64,000 nt of DNA from Candidatus Omnitrophota bacterium (lineage in GTDB: Bacteria > Omnitrophota > Gorgyraeia > Duberdicusellales > 4484-171): contig JBDRAN010000048.1 of assembly GCA_043823745.1 (NCBI GenBank), positions 896-64,895 on the forward strand, read 5' to 3'. This document shows, piece after piece, positions 38,513 through 49,147 of this stretch. Each line of letters starts with the position of its first letter. Position 1 is the stretch's first letter. The notes below the pieces were generated by a model that had not been told where the DNA came from, did no database searches, and saw only the letters and a list, made by a program, of their open reading frames with translations. The position numbers were made by a program, and so were the translations under genes.

Positions 38513-40060
38513 ATGGACAAAAAAAACGACATACGAGCCGCGGTTATCGATATCGGCTCAAGTTCTATTAAGCTCATTATCGGTGAGCGCGCCGGCGAAA
38601 ATGTTAAAACGATCGAATCTCTGCGTATTCCCATCCCCATAGGTAAACATACGTTCTTTAAAGAGCGTGTTTCCCAGGAAACCATCAATCAAACCGTTAC
38701 GATCCTGGAAAAATACAAGCAAGTCCTCAAGGAGTATGAGGTAAGCCAGGTTATGGTTATTGCTACGACCGCAGTGCGCGAGGCACGTAATAAAAATATT
38801 TTTATCGATGCGCTGTTACGTAAAACGGGTTTTTCCGTCGAAGTGCTGACCCCGGGTGACATTGTCTATTATATTGACTGTTATTTATATCATCGCCTCA
38901 AAGACACCTATCCTATACATAGTAAAAATCTGCTTATCGCGGAGCTCGGCGCAGGCAGTCTTGATGTTTCGGTCATGGAGAAGGGGTTCACGCTTCTTAA
39001 CATGGGCTTGCCGTTGGGCACAATTCGCCTGAAGCAGTTGATGAGTAAGCTGGGAGGAAGCTCCGAAGAAAATTACGAAGCGGTGCGTGAGTATATCGAG
39101 AATGAATTCGGGTATCTGAAACGCTCGATTCCGCAGATCACTATCGATGATATTATCCTCATTGACGAGAATTATTATCAGTATCTACAGAGCATTTTGC
39201 CTGAGAAGAAAAAGGAGTCGCAGTTTTTCCAGGTCGGTATCGAGGATACCGAGGCGGCGATCGCTAAAATCGTCGACTCAAGCAGTGAGTCGCTCGCGCG
39301 GACCTATAAGATCCCCCTTGAGCACGCGGATAGCATTGTTGGCTACACCACGATCCTTAATCTTTTTTTTACGTTGATCACGAACCGCAAGGTTTATATT
39401 CTTGAAACGTCGCTTGCCGAAGCGATCCTTGCCGATGTGCTTCTTGATCTTGAGTTTTCGCCTAAATACAATAAAGCTAACCAGCTTATTTCGGTAGCCA
39501 CATTTTTATGCAATAAATACAATGTTGACATCAACCATGTCAAAAAGGTCGCTGAGCTTTCTGATACGCTTTTTGACGGCCTCAAAGAACAGTTGGGATT
39601 AAAAAAGAAAGAATTGCTCTATCTAGTTCTCTCGGCCTATTTGCATGATATCGGAATGTTTATCCATAACCGCTCTCACCATAAACACGCTGAGTATATC
39701 ATTAATTCCCTGAATCTTTTCCGTCTTACCGAGGAGGAGATCAAGATGATCGCCTGTATCGCCCGCTATCACCGCAAAGTTCCGCCTCAGGAAAGCCACC
39801 CGCTCTATAATTCATTGTCGCGTGAGCAACAAGTTCTGGTTCAAAAGCTCTCCGCCATTCTGCGTATTGCTAACGCGCTCGATCGTTCCCATAAGCAGAA
39901 GATAAAGACTATGGAAGTGCAATTGACCAAACATCAGGATGTCACGCTCATTGCGAGCGTTGAAGGAAATTTTATTTTGGAGAAGGGTGAGTTCCTTGAG
40001 AAAAAAGAGCTTTTTGAAGAATTAACCGGCAGCAAAATCAGTCTCTCCATCAAGCGTTAA
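38513..40060 (+). CDS. ppx: Ppx/GppA family phosphatase with C-terminal HD domain (divergent active site)
   Basis: DIGSSSIK, ATTAVREA, LHDIG, HHKH, ARYHRK. Confidence 0.85.
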   Translation: MDKKNDIRAAVIDIGSSSIKLIIGERAGENVKTIESLRIPIPIGKHTFFKERVSQETINQTVTILEKYKQVLKEYEVSQVMVIATTAVREARNKNIFIDALLRKTGFSVEVLTPGDIVYYIDCYLYHRLKDTYPIHSKNLLIAELGAGSLDVSVMEKGFTLLNMGLPLGTIRLKQLMSKLGGSSEENYEAVREYIENEFGYLKRSIPQITIDDIILIDENYYQYLQSILPEKKKESQFFQVGIEDTEAAIAKIVDSSSESLARTYKIPLEHADSIVGYTTILNLFFTLITNRKVYILETSLAEAILADVLLDLEFSPKYNKANQLISVATFLCNKYNVDINHVKKVAELSDTLFDGLKEQLGLKKKELLYLVLSAYLHDIGMFIHNRSHHKHAEYIINSLNLFRLTEEEIKMIACIARYHRKVPPQESHPLYNSLSREQQVLVQKLSAILRIANALDRSHKQKIKTMEVQLTKHQDVTLIASVEGNFILEKGEFLEKKELFEELTGSKISLSIKR

Positions 40061-40074
40061 CGTGTAAGATTGGT

Positions 40075-42108
40075 ATGGAAGAAAAATCATTGAGCATTAA
40101 AGAAAAGTTTATTCATCGCGATATAAGCTGGCTTGCTTTCAATGAGCGTGTGCTCGAGGAGGCGGCTGACGGTAATAATCCGCTCCTGGAGCGCCTTAAG
40201 TTTTTAGCCATTTTTGTCAACAATCTTGATGAATTTTTCATGGTCAGAGTCGCCGGGCTTCGCCGGTTGCTTGATTCCGGTTATACCAAAGAGGATTCTT
40301 TCGGAGCGTACCCGCAGGAGCTCTACGTACAGATCCGTGAATCTGCCGGAGCGCTGACGAGCCGCCTCTATGAAACCTATCAGGGAAAGATCGCCAAAGA
40401 ACTCGCGAAAGCAAAAATTATAATAAAAAAGTTCGATGATTTAAGCGCAGTTCAGGCTAAATATATAAAACGCTATTTTGAAACAGTGCTTTTCCCGATT
40501 ATGACGCCCATGGCCGTTGACCAGGGCCACCCATTTCCGGTGCTTCCTTCAAAGACAATTGCCTTTGCGGTGAATCTGGCCCGCTACGAAGAGTTGCATC
40601 TGGTGATTATCCCGGTACCTAAGGTCATATCCCGCCTGGTGAAGCTTCCCTCAGAAAAAGATGAATTTCATTGTATCCTTACGGATGAGATTATCCGGGC
40701 CAACCTGACTAACTTTTTCCGTGGTTATAAAATTATCGGTAATTCCGCGTTCCGCGTTATTCGTGACAGCGAATTATCGATTAATGAAGAATACGCGCCG
40801 AATCTCTTAAAAGCGATCGAGGATGAAGTAAAAAAACGTCCCAAAGCAAAAGCAGTTTACCTGGAGGCCGAGAAGGCATTTGACCGGGGGCTCCTTGATT
40901 CGTTATGCCAGGCGATCGAATTTCCTCGCGACGAGGTGGTGAATATTGAGGGCGATCTTGACCTAACCTATCTTTTTGATTTAATCAGCCAGGTGAATAA
41001 ACCCGAGCTCATGTATCCGGCATATATCCCGGCAAAAATAGAGTATGAAAACATTTTCGATAAGATTAAGGAAGGCGATTTTATCGTGCATCTTCCGTAC
41101 CAGTCTTTTCAGCCGACCGCTGATTTTATTAGAGAGGCTGCGTGTGATCAGGGAGTGTTGGCTATCAAGATGACGCTGTACCGGACCGATGAAGACTCGA
41201 TTATTATTCAGGCCCTAAAAGACGCAGCCAAGAGCAAAAAACAGGTAACGGTGCTTGTTGAAATAAAGGCGCGCTTTGATGAGGAGAAAAATATCACCTG
41301 GGTGCGCGAACTCGAAGACGCCGGGTGTCATGTTGTGTATGGTATAGCCGGGATGAAAATACATTCAAAGATCTCACTCGTTGTGCGCAAAGAGGATGAG
41401 CGTATTCAGCGGTATGTACATTTATCAACCGGCAATTACAACGAGAAAACCGCGCGCGTATATACCGATATCGGTTATTTCACCGCCAACGATGATTTCG
41501 CCAAAGATATTTCCGATGTTTTTAATGTTATAACCGGCTATTCCATACCCAGTCGCTGGAAGCGCATTGTTTCTTCTCCCAATGATTTACGCCATTACTT
41601 TTTTGAGTTGATCGATAAGGAAATCGAGTGCCAGAAGAAATATAAAAACGGCTTTATTTTCGCGAAGATGAATTCGCTTGAAGATACCCAGACAATCGAG
41701 AAACTGTATCAGGCATCGCGCGCGGGGGTTAAGATAAAACTGATTGTGCGCGGCATTTGCGTATTGGTGCCCGGGGTAGAGAAAATGAGCGAAAATATCG
41801 AAGTAAAAAGTATCGTCGGGAGGTTTCTGGAACATTCCCGTATCTATCTTTTTAACAATAATGCCGATTACCGCGTTTTTCTTTCTTCCGCCGATTGGAT
41901 GACCAGAAATCTTGATCGCAGGATCGAACTTCTCTTTGAAATCTACAAAGAAGACATCAAGGAGCATCTCAGGCGTCTTCTTGAAAAATGCTGGAGCGAT
42001 ACCGCGAAGACCCGCGTCTTGCAGGCAAACCACACGTATCGGCGCGCTGCCGTCGGCGAAGATAGCTTCAATGTTCAGGAGTATTTGATCAAACATTATT
42101 CGGTATGA
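40075..42108 (+). CDS. ppk1: polyphosphate kinase 1
   Basis: SWLAFNERVL, HPFP, KMTLYR, KIHSK, STGNYN, GRFLEH. Confidence 0.96.
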   Translation: MEEKSLSIKEKFIHRDISWLAFNERVLEEAADGNNPLLERLKFLAIFVNNLDEFFMVRVAGLRRLLDSGYTKEDSFGAYPQELYVQIRESAGALTSRLYETYQGKIAKELAKAKIIIKKFDDLSAVQAKYIKRYFETVLFPIMTPMAVDQGHPFPVLPSKTIAFAVNLARYEELHLVIIPVPKVISRLVKLPSEKDEFHCILTDEIIRANLTNFFRGYKIIGNSAFRVIRDSELSINEEYAPNLLKAIEDEVKKRPKAKAVYLEAEKAFDRGLLDSLCQAIEFPRDEVVNIEGDLDLTYLFDLISQVNKPELMYPAYIPAKIEYENIFDKIKEGDFIVHLPYQSFQPTADFIREAACDQGVLAIKMTLYRTDEDSIIIQALKDAAKSKKQVTVLVEIKARFDEEKNITWVRELEDAGCHVVYGIAGMKIHSKISLVVRKEDERIQRYVHLSTGNYNEKTARVYTDIGYFTANDDFAKDISDVFNVITGYSIPSRWKRIVSSPNDLRHYFFELIDKEIECQKKYKNGFIFAKMNSLEDTQTIEKLYQASRAGVKIKLIVRGICVLVPGVEKMSENIEVKSIVGRFLEHSRIYLFNNNADYRVFLSSADWMTRNLDRRIELLFEIYKEDIKEHLRRLLEKCWSDTAKTRVLQANHTYRRAAVGEDSFNVQEYLIKHYSV

Positions 42109-43010
42109 AGCCCGCGGTTTTCGGCTATAACCCTTACGTAATTATCGAAAAATATAGTAACGATATGTGCGCAGAGTTTGTCGGGGTGCGCGCGAACCGT
42201 TCTATTGAATGCCTTCATCGTATGCGCGTTGCCTCGCGGCGCCTGCGCACGAGCCTCTGGGTTTATAAAACATTATTTCCTGCCGGAAAACTTTCCCGTT
42301 GGAAAGTTTCCTTAAACGGCCTCGCGCGTGTTCTGGGCAAAGCGCGGGATTGCGATATCCACACGAAACATTTAAAAACAGTTTTAGCTCATACCCGTGA
42401 CACGAGCCTCGCAAACGGCATCAGGCGGCTATGGGTAGCGTTGTGTGATGAACGCAGTCGGCTGCAACCTCGTGTTTCCGCAGCGCTCGATATGTTTTGC
42501 GAAAGCGGCGTGCGGGAGGAGCTACAGGATTTTTTGCGTCGGCGCACGCTACGCGTTCCTGACCGGGAGGAGTTATCCCGGTTGGCCGCCCGTCGGATCA
42601 GGAAACGCCTTGAACAATTTCTGTCTTTCGCTCCTTACGTACACAAGCCTCGCCAGGTGCGCCGGCTTCATCAGATGCGCATTGCCGCCAAACACGTCCG
42701 CTACAGCCTCCAGATTTGCGCGCCTCTCTACAAAAAGAAAAAGATAAACTCCTTTATTGAAGCCGCCTATGATATTCAGCATATCCTGGGAGATGTGCAT
42801 GATCGTGATGTGTGGATTACCACGCTCCCTCGTTATGGCCAGGCTGCAACGGACCCTTTATATCGCCAGGCCCTTGGCTCATTGCGCGCGCGGTGTGTTC
42901 GCATGCGGGAGAGCTCATATGTTCAATTTGTGCGTATGTGGAGGAAACAGGAAAAAGAGAATATATGGGAGAAGCTTGAATCTTGCCTGAGGCGGGCCTG
43001 CCGACTATGA
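42105..43010 (+). CDS. CHAD domain polyphosphate-binding protein
   Basis: HRMRVASRRLR, HQMRIAAKHVRY, LGDVHD. Confidence 0.9.
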   Translation: MKPAVFGYNPYVIIEKYSNDMCAEFVGVRANRSIECLHRMRVASRRLRTSLWVYKTLFPAGKLSRWKVSLNGLARVLGKARDCDIHTKHLKTVLAHTRDTSLANGIRRLWVALCDERSRLQPRVSAALDMFCESGVREELQDFLRRRTLRVPDREELSRLAARRIRKRLEQFLSFAPYVHKPRQVRRLHQMRIAAKHVRYSLQICAPLYKKKKINSFIEAAYDIQHILGDVHDRDVWITTLPRYGQAATDPLYRQALGSLRARCVRMRESSYVQFVRMWRKQEKENIWEKLESCLRRACRL

Positions 43011-44308
43011 AAATTGCCCTTATCTCCGATATCCACGCTAATCTCCCTGCGTTGTCTGCGGTACTCGCCGACATTAAGCGTCGTAAGATAGGCGTCATCT
43101 GGAATTTAGGGGACAGCGTGGGGTATGGGCCATTTCCGCGGGAAACTCTCGCCTTGCTTATGCGTTTGGGCTTACGAAGTATTCGCGGCAACTATGATGA
43201 TAAAGTGTTGTTGTTTCCCCGTAAGGCGCGAATCTGGAAGAAAACCAAAAGCCCGCTTAAATTCTTTTGTTTTCGCTGGGCGTACGAACATATTTCGGCG
43301 CGACAACGCGCGTTTCTGGCGCGGTTACCCCATTCGTTTACTCAAAGTTTATCGGGAAAAAAGATTTGCGCGGTTCATGGGAGCCCGGAAAGCTCAGAGG
43401 AAGCCCTGGGGCCCGGAACTCCGGCAAAACGCCTCATGACCCTGGCGGGTGCAACGGGCGCCGATATTATTTGTTGCGGTCACTCACATGCCTATTTCGC
43501 GCGCCCGATACGCAGAAAATGGTTTATTAATCCGGGAAGTGTAGGCAGGCCATTTGACGGCGATCCCCGTGCTTCCTATGCTATTGTAGCGCTACGCGGC
43601 GGCGCTATTTCTGTGCGTAACATTCGCATCCCGTATGATATTGATAAATTAAGCATACGGGCCGCGCGTGAACATTTTGATGGGGTGCTTCTTGCCGCTT
43701 TTGCCGCGGCGCGCAGTCTGGATGATTGCAGAGTCGATATAGCGCTGTCAGGCGGCGCGATCGTCGCATTCGCGAAAAAGTACCACCATGAGGCTTCTCA
43801 CGCCGAGCAGGTAACACGATGCGCCCTGCAGCTTTTTGACGCGCTCATGCCACAGCACGGTTTAGGCTTGCGTGAGCGCGCATATCTAAATGCCGCCGCG
43901 ATTTTACATGATATAGGTTTCTCATCGCCCGGTGCGCATCATAAAAAAACATTTGTCCTTATTCGCCGCCAGGGTAAGTCCTTAGGTCTACCTGCCAGGG
44001 AGCGTAATCTGATCGGCTTGATCGCGCGATACCACCGGAAGGCCCTGCCGCATCCCTCTCATCCGGGATATGCTCATTTATGCGGCAAGGATAGAACCGT
44101 TGTGAGCATGCTTGCGGCAATCCTGCGCGTTGCTGACGGTCTTGATAATAGTCACGCTCAATCGTCGCGTATTAAATGCTGCCTAACTTCAGGCTCGCAG
44201 GTTACGATTGTTTTAAAAAACGGCGCGCGCTTCTGCGACAAGGAGGCAGCAGCTAAAAAGAGTGATCTCTTCCGTAGAGTTTTTCGAAAAAAACTTATTA
44301 TCCGGTAG
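43007..44308 (+). CDS. YfcE-like metallophosphoesterase fused to a Ppx-type HD domain
   Basis: SDIHAN, GDSVGYG, GNYD, GHSH, NPGSVG followed by LHDIG, HHKK, ARYHRK. Confidence 0.85.
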   Translation: MKIALISDIHANLPALSAVLADIKRRKIGVIWNLGDSVGYGPFPRETLALLMRLGLRSIRGNYDDKVLLFPRKARIWKKTKSPLKFFCFRWAYEHISARQRAFLARLPHSFTQSLSGKKICAVHGSPESSEEALGPGTPAKRLMTLAGATGADIICCGHSHAYFARPIRRKWFINPGSVGRPFDGDPRASYAIVALRGGAISVRNIRIPYDIDKLSIRAAREHFDGVLLAAFAAARSLDDCRVDIALSGGAIVAFAKKYHHEASHAEQVTRCALQLFDALMPQHGLGLRERAYLNAAAILHDIGFSSPGAHHKKTFVLIRRQGKSLGLPARERNLIGLIARYHRKALPHPSHPGYAHLCGKDRTVVSMLAAILRVADGLDNSHAQSSRIKCCLTSGSQVTIVLKNGARFCDKEAAAKKSDLFRRVFRKKLIIR

Positions 44309-44317
44309 CGTACCTAT

Positions 44318-45307
44318 ATGACAATACAGGAAATTATCGGTATTATTGTTTTCTTGGTGGTTGTGGGCCTGGTAGCGTTGAAAGAGGTTCATCTTCTTAT
44401 CTCCTGCAGCATCAGCGCGCTACGGCGAAAGCCCTGCGGACCACTTTTATGTGCGCCCGGAGCGCTTATTACCCATATTATGGCGGGCGCAGGTATCCTT
44501 TGCTTTTTATATGGCCTGTTGATTGAGCCATACTGGATCGAAGTAAACAGGGTGGATATCTTTACTGATAAGTTAAAAAAAGCCCATATCGTCCTGGTGC
44601 AGATCTCCGATCTTCATTGCGAGCGCACGCCGCACCTGGAGCGGCGGGTTGTCAAAATTGTTAATTCTTTTAATCCTGACGTTGTAGTCTTTACCGGTGA
44701 CGCGGTTAATGATGAGGCTGCGATCCCACTTTTTAAGGATACGTTAGCATCGCTTACGGCCAAACGTGGCAAATACGCTATTCGCGGCAATTTTGACGTA
44801 TTTATTTGGTGGAATAAAGATTTATTTACGAAGACCGGTTTCAAGGCTCTTACCGCCGATAATAGCAAAATCACAAAGGACACAGACACCTTCTATATTG
44901 CCGGCGTAAGCCGCCTGTATCCGAAAAAATGGCCGCAAGCGCTTGCCGGCATCCCCTCAAATGCCTACACTATTTTTATGTATCATACGCCTGAACTTAT
45001 CGAGGAGGTGGCGCGGTCTCATGTTGATCTGTATCTTGCGGGGCATACCCATGGAGGACAAGTGGCATTGCCATGGTATGGAGCCCTGATTACGTTAAGT
45101 ACGTTTGGCAAGAAATATGAGTCAGGCCTGTATACCGTAGGAAAGCTTATTGCCTACATTAACAGGGGGATCGGAATGGAAGGTGGAGCAGCGCCACGGG
45201 TGCGCTTTTTTGCAAGGCCCGAAATAACTGTTTTCAACATTCATCCGCGCATTAAACCTAAAACAGAAATCTTCAAACCCGCCAACGAAAAATCCTCAGA
45301 AACTTAG
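44318..45307 (+). CDS. membrane-anchored metallophosphoesterase (YkuE/YaeI-like)
   Basis: SDLH, TGD, GNFD, AGHTHGGQ. Confidence 0.88.
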   Translation: MTIQEIIGIIVFLVVVGLVALKEVHLLISCSISALRRKPCGPLLCAPGALITHIMAGAGILCFLYGLLIEPYWIEVNRVDIFTDKLKKAHIVLVQISDLHCERTPHLERRVVKIVNSFNPDVVVFTGDAVNDEAAIPLFKDTLASLTAKRGKYAIRGNFDVFIWWNKDLFTKTGFKALTADNSKITKDTDTFYIAGVSRLYPKKWPQALAGIPSNAYTIFMYHTPELIEEVARSHVDLYLAGHTHGGQVALPWYGALITLSTFGKKYESGLYTVGKLIAYINRGIGMEGGAAPRVRFFARPEITVFNIHPRIKPKTEIFKPANEKSSET

Positions 45308-46042
45308 TAAACTTTTCTCCCAGCGTTCGGCCCCGAGCGGATTTTTTCCTTTCAGAATCTCGGCGAATGACTCTAATGTTTTACGGGCGTCACCGAGGGG
45401 ATAGTAGAACGCCTCCCAGTTGTCGCTATCCTCACCATCGTGATTCACCAGGATATAGTCATAGGCAAACGCAAGGGCAATCTCTCGGTAGGCGCTGGCC
45501 GCGCGTGTTTCGATAGTGCGTACATCAGGTAGAGAAAGTGCTCCTTTTTGATGTTGGGTTCGGCGCAGTAGCTTTCGCCGCATAATGTCGGTGATGAGTT
45601 CTTTTAAAAAAAACTTTCCCCGCCTGTTTTTCAAAAAGATAATTTCTTCTCGCGAAAGAGGAGCGATGAAGACACTGGTGACGGGGATTGTGTTTAATAA
45701 TCCCGATTTTTTTATAATTTCGTAAACAAACGGGTTACCTTCAAAGAGGACATTGTGTGTTTTAAGTATCGCGCGCAGCGCGCCCAGGTCAAGCGCTTGC
45801 GTGTCGCCGCGGACTTTGATGACGATGAAGTTTTTTTTGCGCTTGAGCCCTTGTAGCTGGCGCAGTGAGCGAAAATAATAGTCGACACCATCGATTTCTT
45901 TGGGCCTTGGCGCGCGGCTGTTGTAGATGACAAGTTTTTTGAAACAGGCGAGCAAATCGGGATAGAATTTTCCAAGTGCAGCGACCAAGGGGGTTTTCCC
46001 TACGCATGAGGGGCCGCTGGTAATAATGAGGCGATTGCTCAT
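45296..46042 (-). CDS. guanylate kinase-like protein
   Basis: SGPSCVGKT, SRAPRPKEIDGVDYYF. Confidence 0.7.
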   Translation of the reverse strand: MSNRLIITSGPSCVGKTPLVAALGKFYPDLLACFKKLVIYNSRAPRPKEIDGVDYYFRSLRQLQGLKRKKNFIVIKVRGDTQALDLGALRAILKTHNVLFEGNPFVYEIIKKSGLLNTIPVTSVFIAPLSREEIIFLKNRRGKFFLKELITDIMRRKLLRRTQHQKGALSLPDVRTIETRAASAYREIALAFAYDYILVNHDGEDSDNWEAFYYPLGDARKTLESFAEILKGKNPLGAERWEKSLLSF

Positions 46043-47010
46043 TTGATCTTTTCTTTAATGAGCGCAACGGCCCCGATGATAACGGCGTCGTCTCCCAGGG
46101 CGGCATTTTTTATGACACAGTCAGAAATTCCCGCTTTCTTGAAAAAAGGATCAGCGTTAACCGTTTTTCTGATGCGCGGAAGAAGAAAATCGCCGCACGC
46201 TTCGATAATGCCGCCGCCAAAGACGATCAGCTGAGGATTTAAGATGTGGCGCAGGCTTATGCAGGCGCGCCCCAGGGTGTGTGCGACCCTTTTCATGATC
46301 GCCGTCGTTACGGGATCATTCTTTTTGAGCGCTTTTTTAAGGATCTTGCTTTTGATAACTGAAAGGTTATTATCGGTGAGTTTCGTGAGGATTGTTTTTT
46401 TCCCTTTTTTAACGGCTTTGCGTATATCCCGCTCGATTGCCCATCTGCCGACGAGTGCTTCCAGGCAGCCATAATTTCCGCAGGTGCATTGAGGCCCATC
46501 AAGTTCCATGGTCATATGGCCTAGTTCTGCGGCTCCCGCTCTGAAGTCGTAAATTTTTCCGTTCAAAATAATGCCGCCGCCGACCCCGGTTCCGGGGAAG
46601 ATTCCGATTATGGTGCTGTATCTTCTTCCCGCGCCGCGCCAGTACTCGCCAAGCGTGCCGAGGTTGACGTCATTGCCCAACACCAGAGGTACTTTGAACA
46701 TTTTTTTTAATTTTTCGGCAAGGCCGATCCCGGTGAGTTTTATATTTGGGGTAATCAGAATTTTTGAGGTGTCGCTGTCGACGATGCCGGGGATACCGAC
46801 TCCGATACCGCTGATGCATTTTAAGGAGCAGCCGTGTTCCGCGAGAAGCTCAGAGGCAAGTTGCGTGATAGAGGAAATAATAGATTTGGCATTCTTGGCG
46901 CGGGGGGTTGGGTGTTTTTTGCGTGCGATAATCTTGCCGTTTTCGTTGACCAGGGCCCCCAATATTTTTGTTCCGCCCACATCGATACCGATAAATAATC
47001 TGGGTTTCAT
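46039..47010 (-). CDS. ROK family sugar kinase (glucokinase-like)
   Basis: DVGGTK, GTGVGGG, ELGH, CTCGNYGCLE. Confidence 0.92.
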   Translation of the reverse strand: MKPRLFIGIDVGGTKILGALVNENGKIIARKKHPTPRAKNAKSIISSITQLASELLAEHGCSLKCISGIGVGIPGIVDSDTSKILITPNIKLTGIGLAEKLKKMFKVPLVLGNDVNLGTLGEYWRGAGRRYSTIIGIFPGTGVGGGIILNGKIYDFRAGAAELGHMTMELDGPQCTCGNYGCLEALVGRWAIERDIRKAVKKGKKTILTKLTDNNLSVIKSKILKKALKKNDPVTTAIMKRVAHTLGRACISLRHILNPQLIVFGGGIIEACGDFLLPRIRKTVNADPFFKKAGISDCVIKNAALGDDAVIIGAVALIKEKIK

Positions 47011-47263
47011 GGTAGCATTATATCATAACTAGCGTTTAGCGAGTGGTGTTTAGAGAAAAAAGTACTCTGAGTATATCGAGTACAGAATGTTGAGGTAGAG
47101 CTTTAAAGCGCAATACTCAATAGTGCGAAGCCGTGCAAAGCCGTGCGTAGACGTGCGGAGCCTCCCCGTCAGGGGATCACCGGTAGGGACGCAATACGCA
47201 ATGCAAAAGCAAGTTAATAGTAAATCATTGTATTTTCCTCCAGCCCGTATATAATTTATATAG

Positions 47264-49147
47264 ATGGATCATCAGCAACAACCTCATAAAGAAAGAATTC
47301 CCGGGCACCTTGCGCATTGGCTTCAGCGAGCGCTCGGCGTCTGGCTCGGGGCAGGGATCATCACGCAGGAACAGGTTGGTCAGATTAAAGAGTCGTATGT
47401 CTGGCCGAAAGGATTCTTTGGGGCGCGCCGTCACGTTAAGTTTGTTTCCGCCCTGCAGGCAATCGGAGCCGTTCTGATCGGTATCGGCGTTTTGTCCCTG
47501 GTTGCGTTTAACTGGGTGCGCTTGGGTAATGTTACTAAACTGCTCATTATCGTCTGCGCTCTGGTTGGGACCCATTGTGTCGGTTTTTTTGTTTCAATGC
47601 GGCGCCCTCATTTCGCTAAAACCGGCGCAAGCCTTATTTTTTTGGCAAATCTTCTGTATGGCGGAGGAATCTGGCTGGTTGCCCAGATGTACCATATTCA
47701 GGCAACATTTGCCACCGGAGTTTTCCTCTGGGCGGTCGGCGTCGTCCCGTTTGCCTACGTTATACGCTCACGCTTGAATTACTATTTAACGATTACGCTT
47801 TTTATTCTTTGGACGTTCGCCGAAACGTTTGCCATGAAGGTGCCTCATTTCGCCTTCCTTTTCGTGCTTTTGGGGTTGCTTCTGCCCCTTTCCTATTACC
47901 TTAAGGAGTGGATCGGTCTGAACATTTGTATTATTACCGGGGGTATCTGGCTCCTGAGTAATACGTTTTTCTGGTGTGACAGCCGCTTTGTCGTTGAGTG
48001 TCTTCTCCCGTTAGCTCTTTATGGCATCACGCTTCTTGCACTTTCGAATTTTCATTATGTGCACCGGATGTTTAAGCCGTATGCCGGTATCTATTTATAT
48101 AACGGTATTGGTTTTACGGGCGCCGTTCTGCTTATCGTGCCTTTTTTTGGTCTCCTGCGTTATGAGTCGCTCGCGCTCACGTATGCGTACCGCTATATCC
48201 CTTACTGGGCGTGTAATTACGCGCTTATCGTTTTTATGTTTACGGCAAAGATAATCGCCCGGCGCGTTGCGCTGGATAAACGCTCAGTGGTCGTTGATAA
48301 GATGATCCCGTTTTTGCTGATAGCCGCTCTCTACACCCTTGTGGTGCCCCAGAGAAAACCTTCTTTTTTGATAAATCTTATCCCGTTGATCATGATTTCT
48401 TTTATGCATTGGTACTATTCTCGTTCGCGCGTTTTTCTTAACGGCATGATTGTGTATTGTATTTTATGGCTGCCCTTCTTTTTAGTTGACTGGAACCAAA
48501 CCCTGCTTGTGTTTATACTCGAGCTTGCCTGCGGAGCTTTCTGCTATATGCTTGGCAGTTTTCATCAGGCTAAATATAACGCGCGTGCCCAGGCGATTCT
48601 TTTTAAAGTGTTCGGTCTGCTGATTTTTTTTAGTTCCTGTTATGTTGTTTCGTTCCAGGCCGTAGGAAGAGTTTTTTCGCGTGGTTTTAAATTCCCCTCA
48701 CTCGTTGATTTTTGGCTGCTTTTTTCTGCCGCATACCTCGGTATTCTTGTCCTTTACCGGGCATTGGCGCCGCTTAAATACCCCCGGCATAAACACGGTT
48801 TACTGCCGGAGGAGCAATATCTCGTTACGTTCCTGCCGTTTGCCGCGCCCCTGCTTCTTATTGCTATCGCCTCGCGGTCGGTTGACTTTTGGTACACCTT
48901 CGGCACCAATACTTTGTACCTGGGCATTCTCGTCGCATTCATCGCAGTCGGATACCGGCGTAATGAGCTTTACACGAAAGCCCTCGCATTTAGTTTTCTT
49001 GTTCTGTTAGTATTGAGTCGATATCTTGAGCTGGAATGGAGTCTTTTTTACAAGGCTGTTCTTTTCATCGTGACGGGTATTTTTATTCTCGTGATCGGAA
49101 TTTTTGCCGAGAAGCATAAACACGAGGCGGTAGTCATTGAGAAATAA
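47264..49147 (+). CDS. DUF2157 membrane protein
   Basis: VAFNW, GIWLVAQMYH; paired with a GDYXXLXY gene. Confidence 0.8.
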   Translation: MDHQQQPHKERIPGHLAHWLQRALGVWLGAGIITQEQVGQIKESYVWPKGFFGARRHVKFVSALQAIGAVLIGIGVLSLVAFNWVRLGNVTKLLIIVCALVGTHCVGFFVSMRRPHFAKTGASLIFLANLLYGGGIWLVAQMYHIQATFATGVFLWAVGVVPFAYVIRSRLNYYLTITLFILWTFAETFAMKVPHFAFLFVLLGLLLPLSYYLKEWIGLNICIITGGIWLLSNTFFWCDSRFVVECLLPLALYGITLLALSNFHYVHRMFKPYAGIYLYNGIGFTGAVLLIVPFFGLLRYESLALTYAYRYIPYWACNYALIVFMFTAKIIARRVALDKRSVVVDKMIPFLLIAALYTLVVPQRKPSFLINLIPLIMISFMHWYYSRSRVFLNGMIVYCILWLPFFLVDWNQTLLVFILELACGAFCYMLGSFHQAKYNARAQAILFKVFGLLIFFSSCYVVSFQAVGRVFSRGFKFPSLVDFWLLFSAAYLGILVLYRALAPLKYPRHKHGLLPEEQYLVTFLPFAAPLLLIAIASRSVDFWYTFGTNTLYLGILVAFIAVGYRRNELYTKALAFSFLVLLVLSRYLELEWSLFYKAVLFIVTGIFILVIGIFAEKHKHEAVVIEK

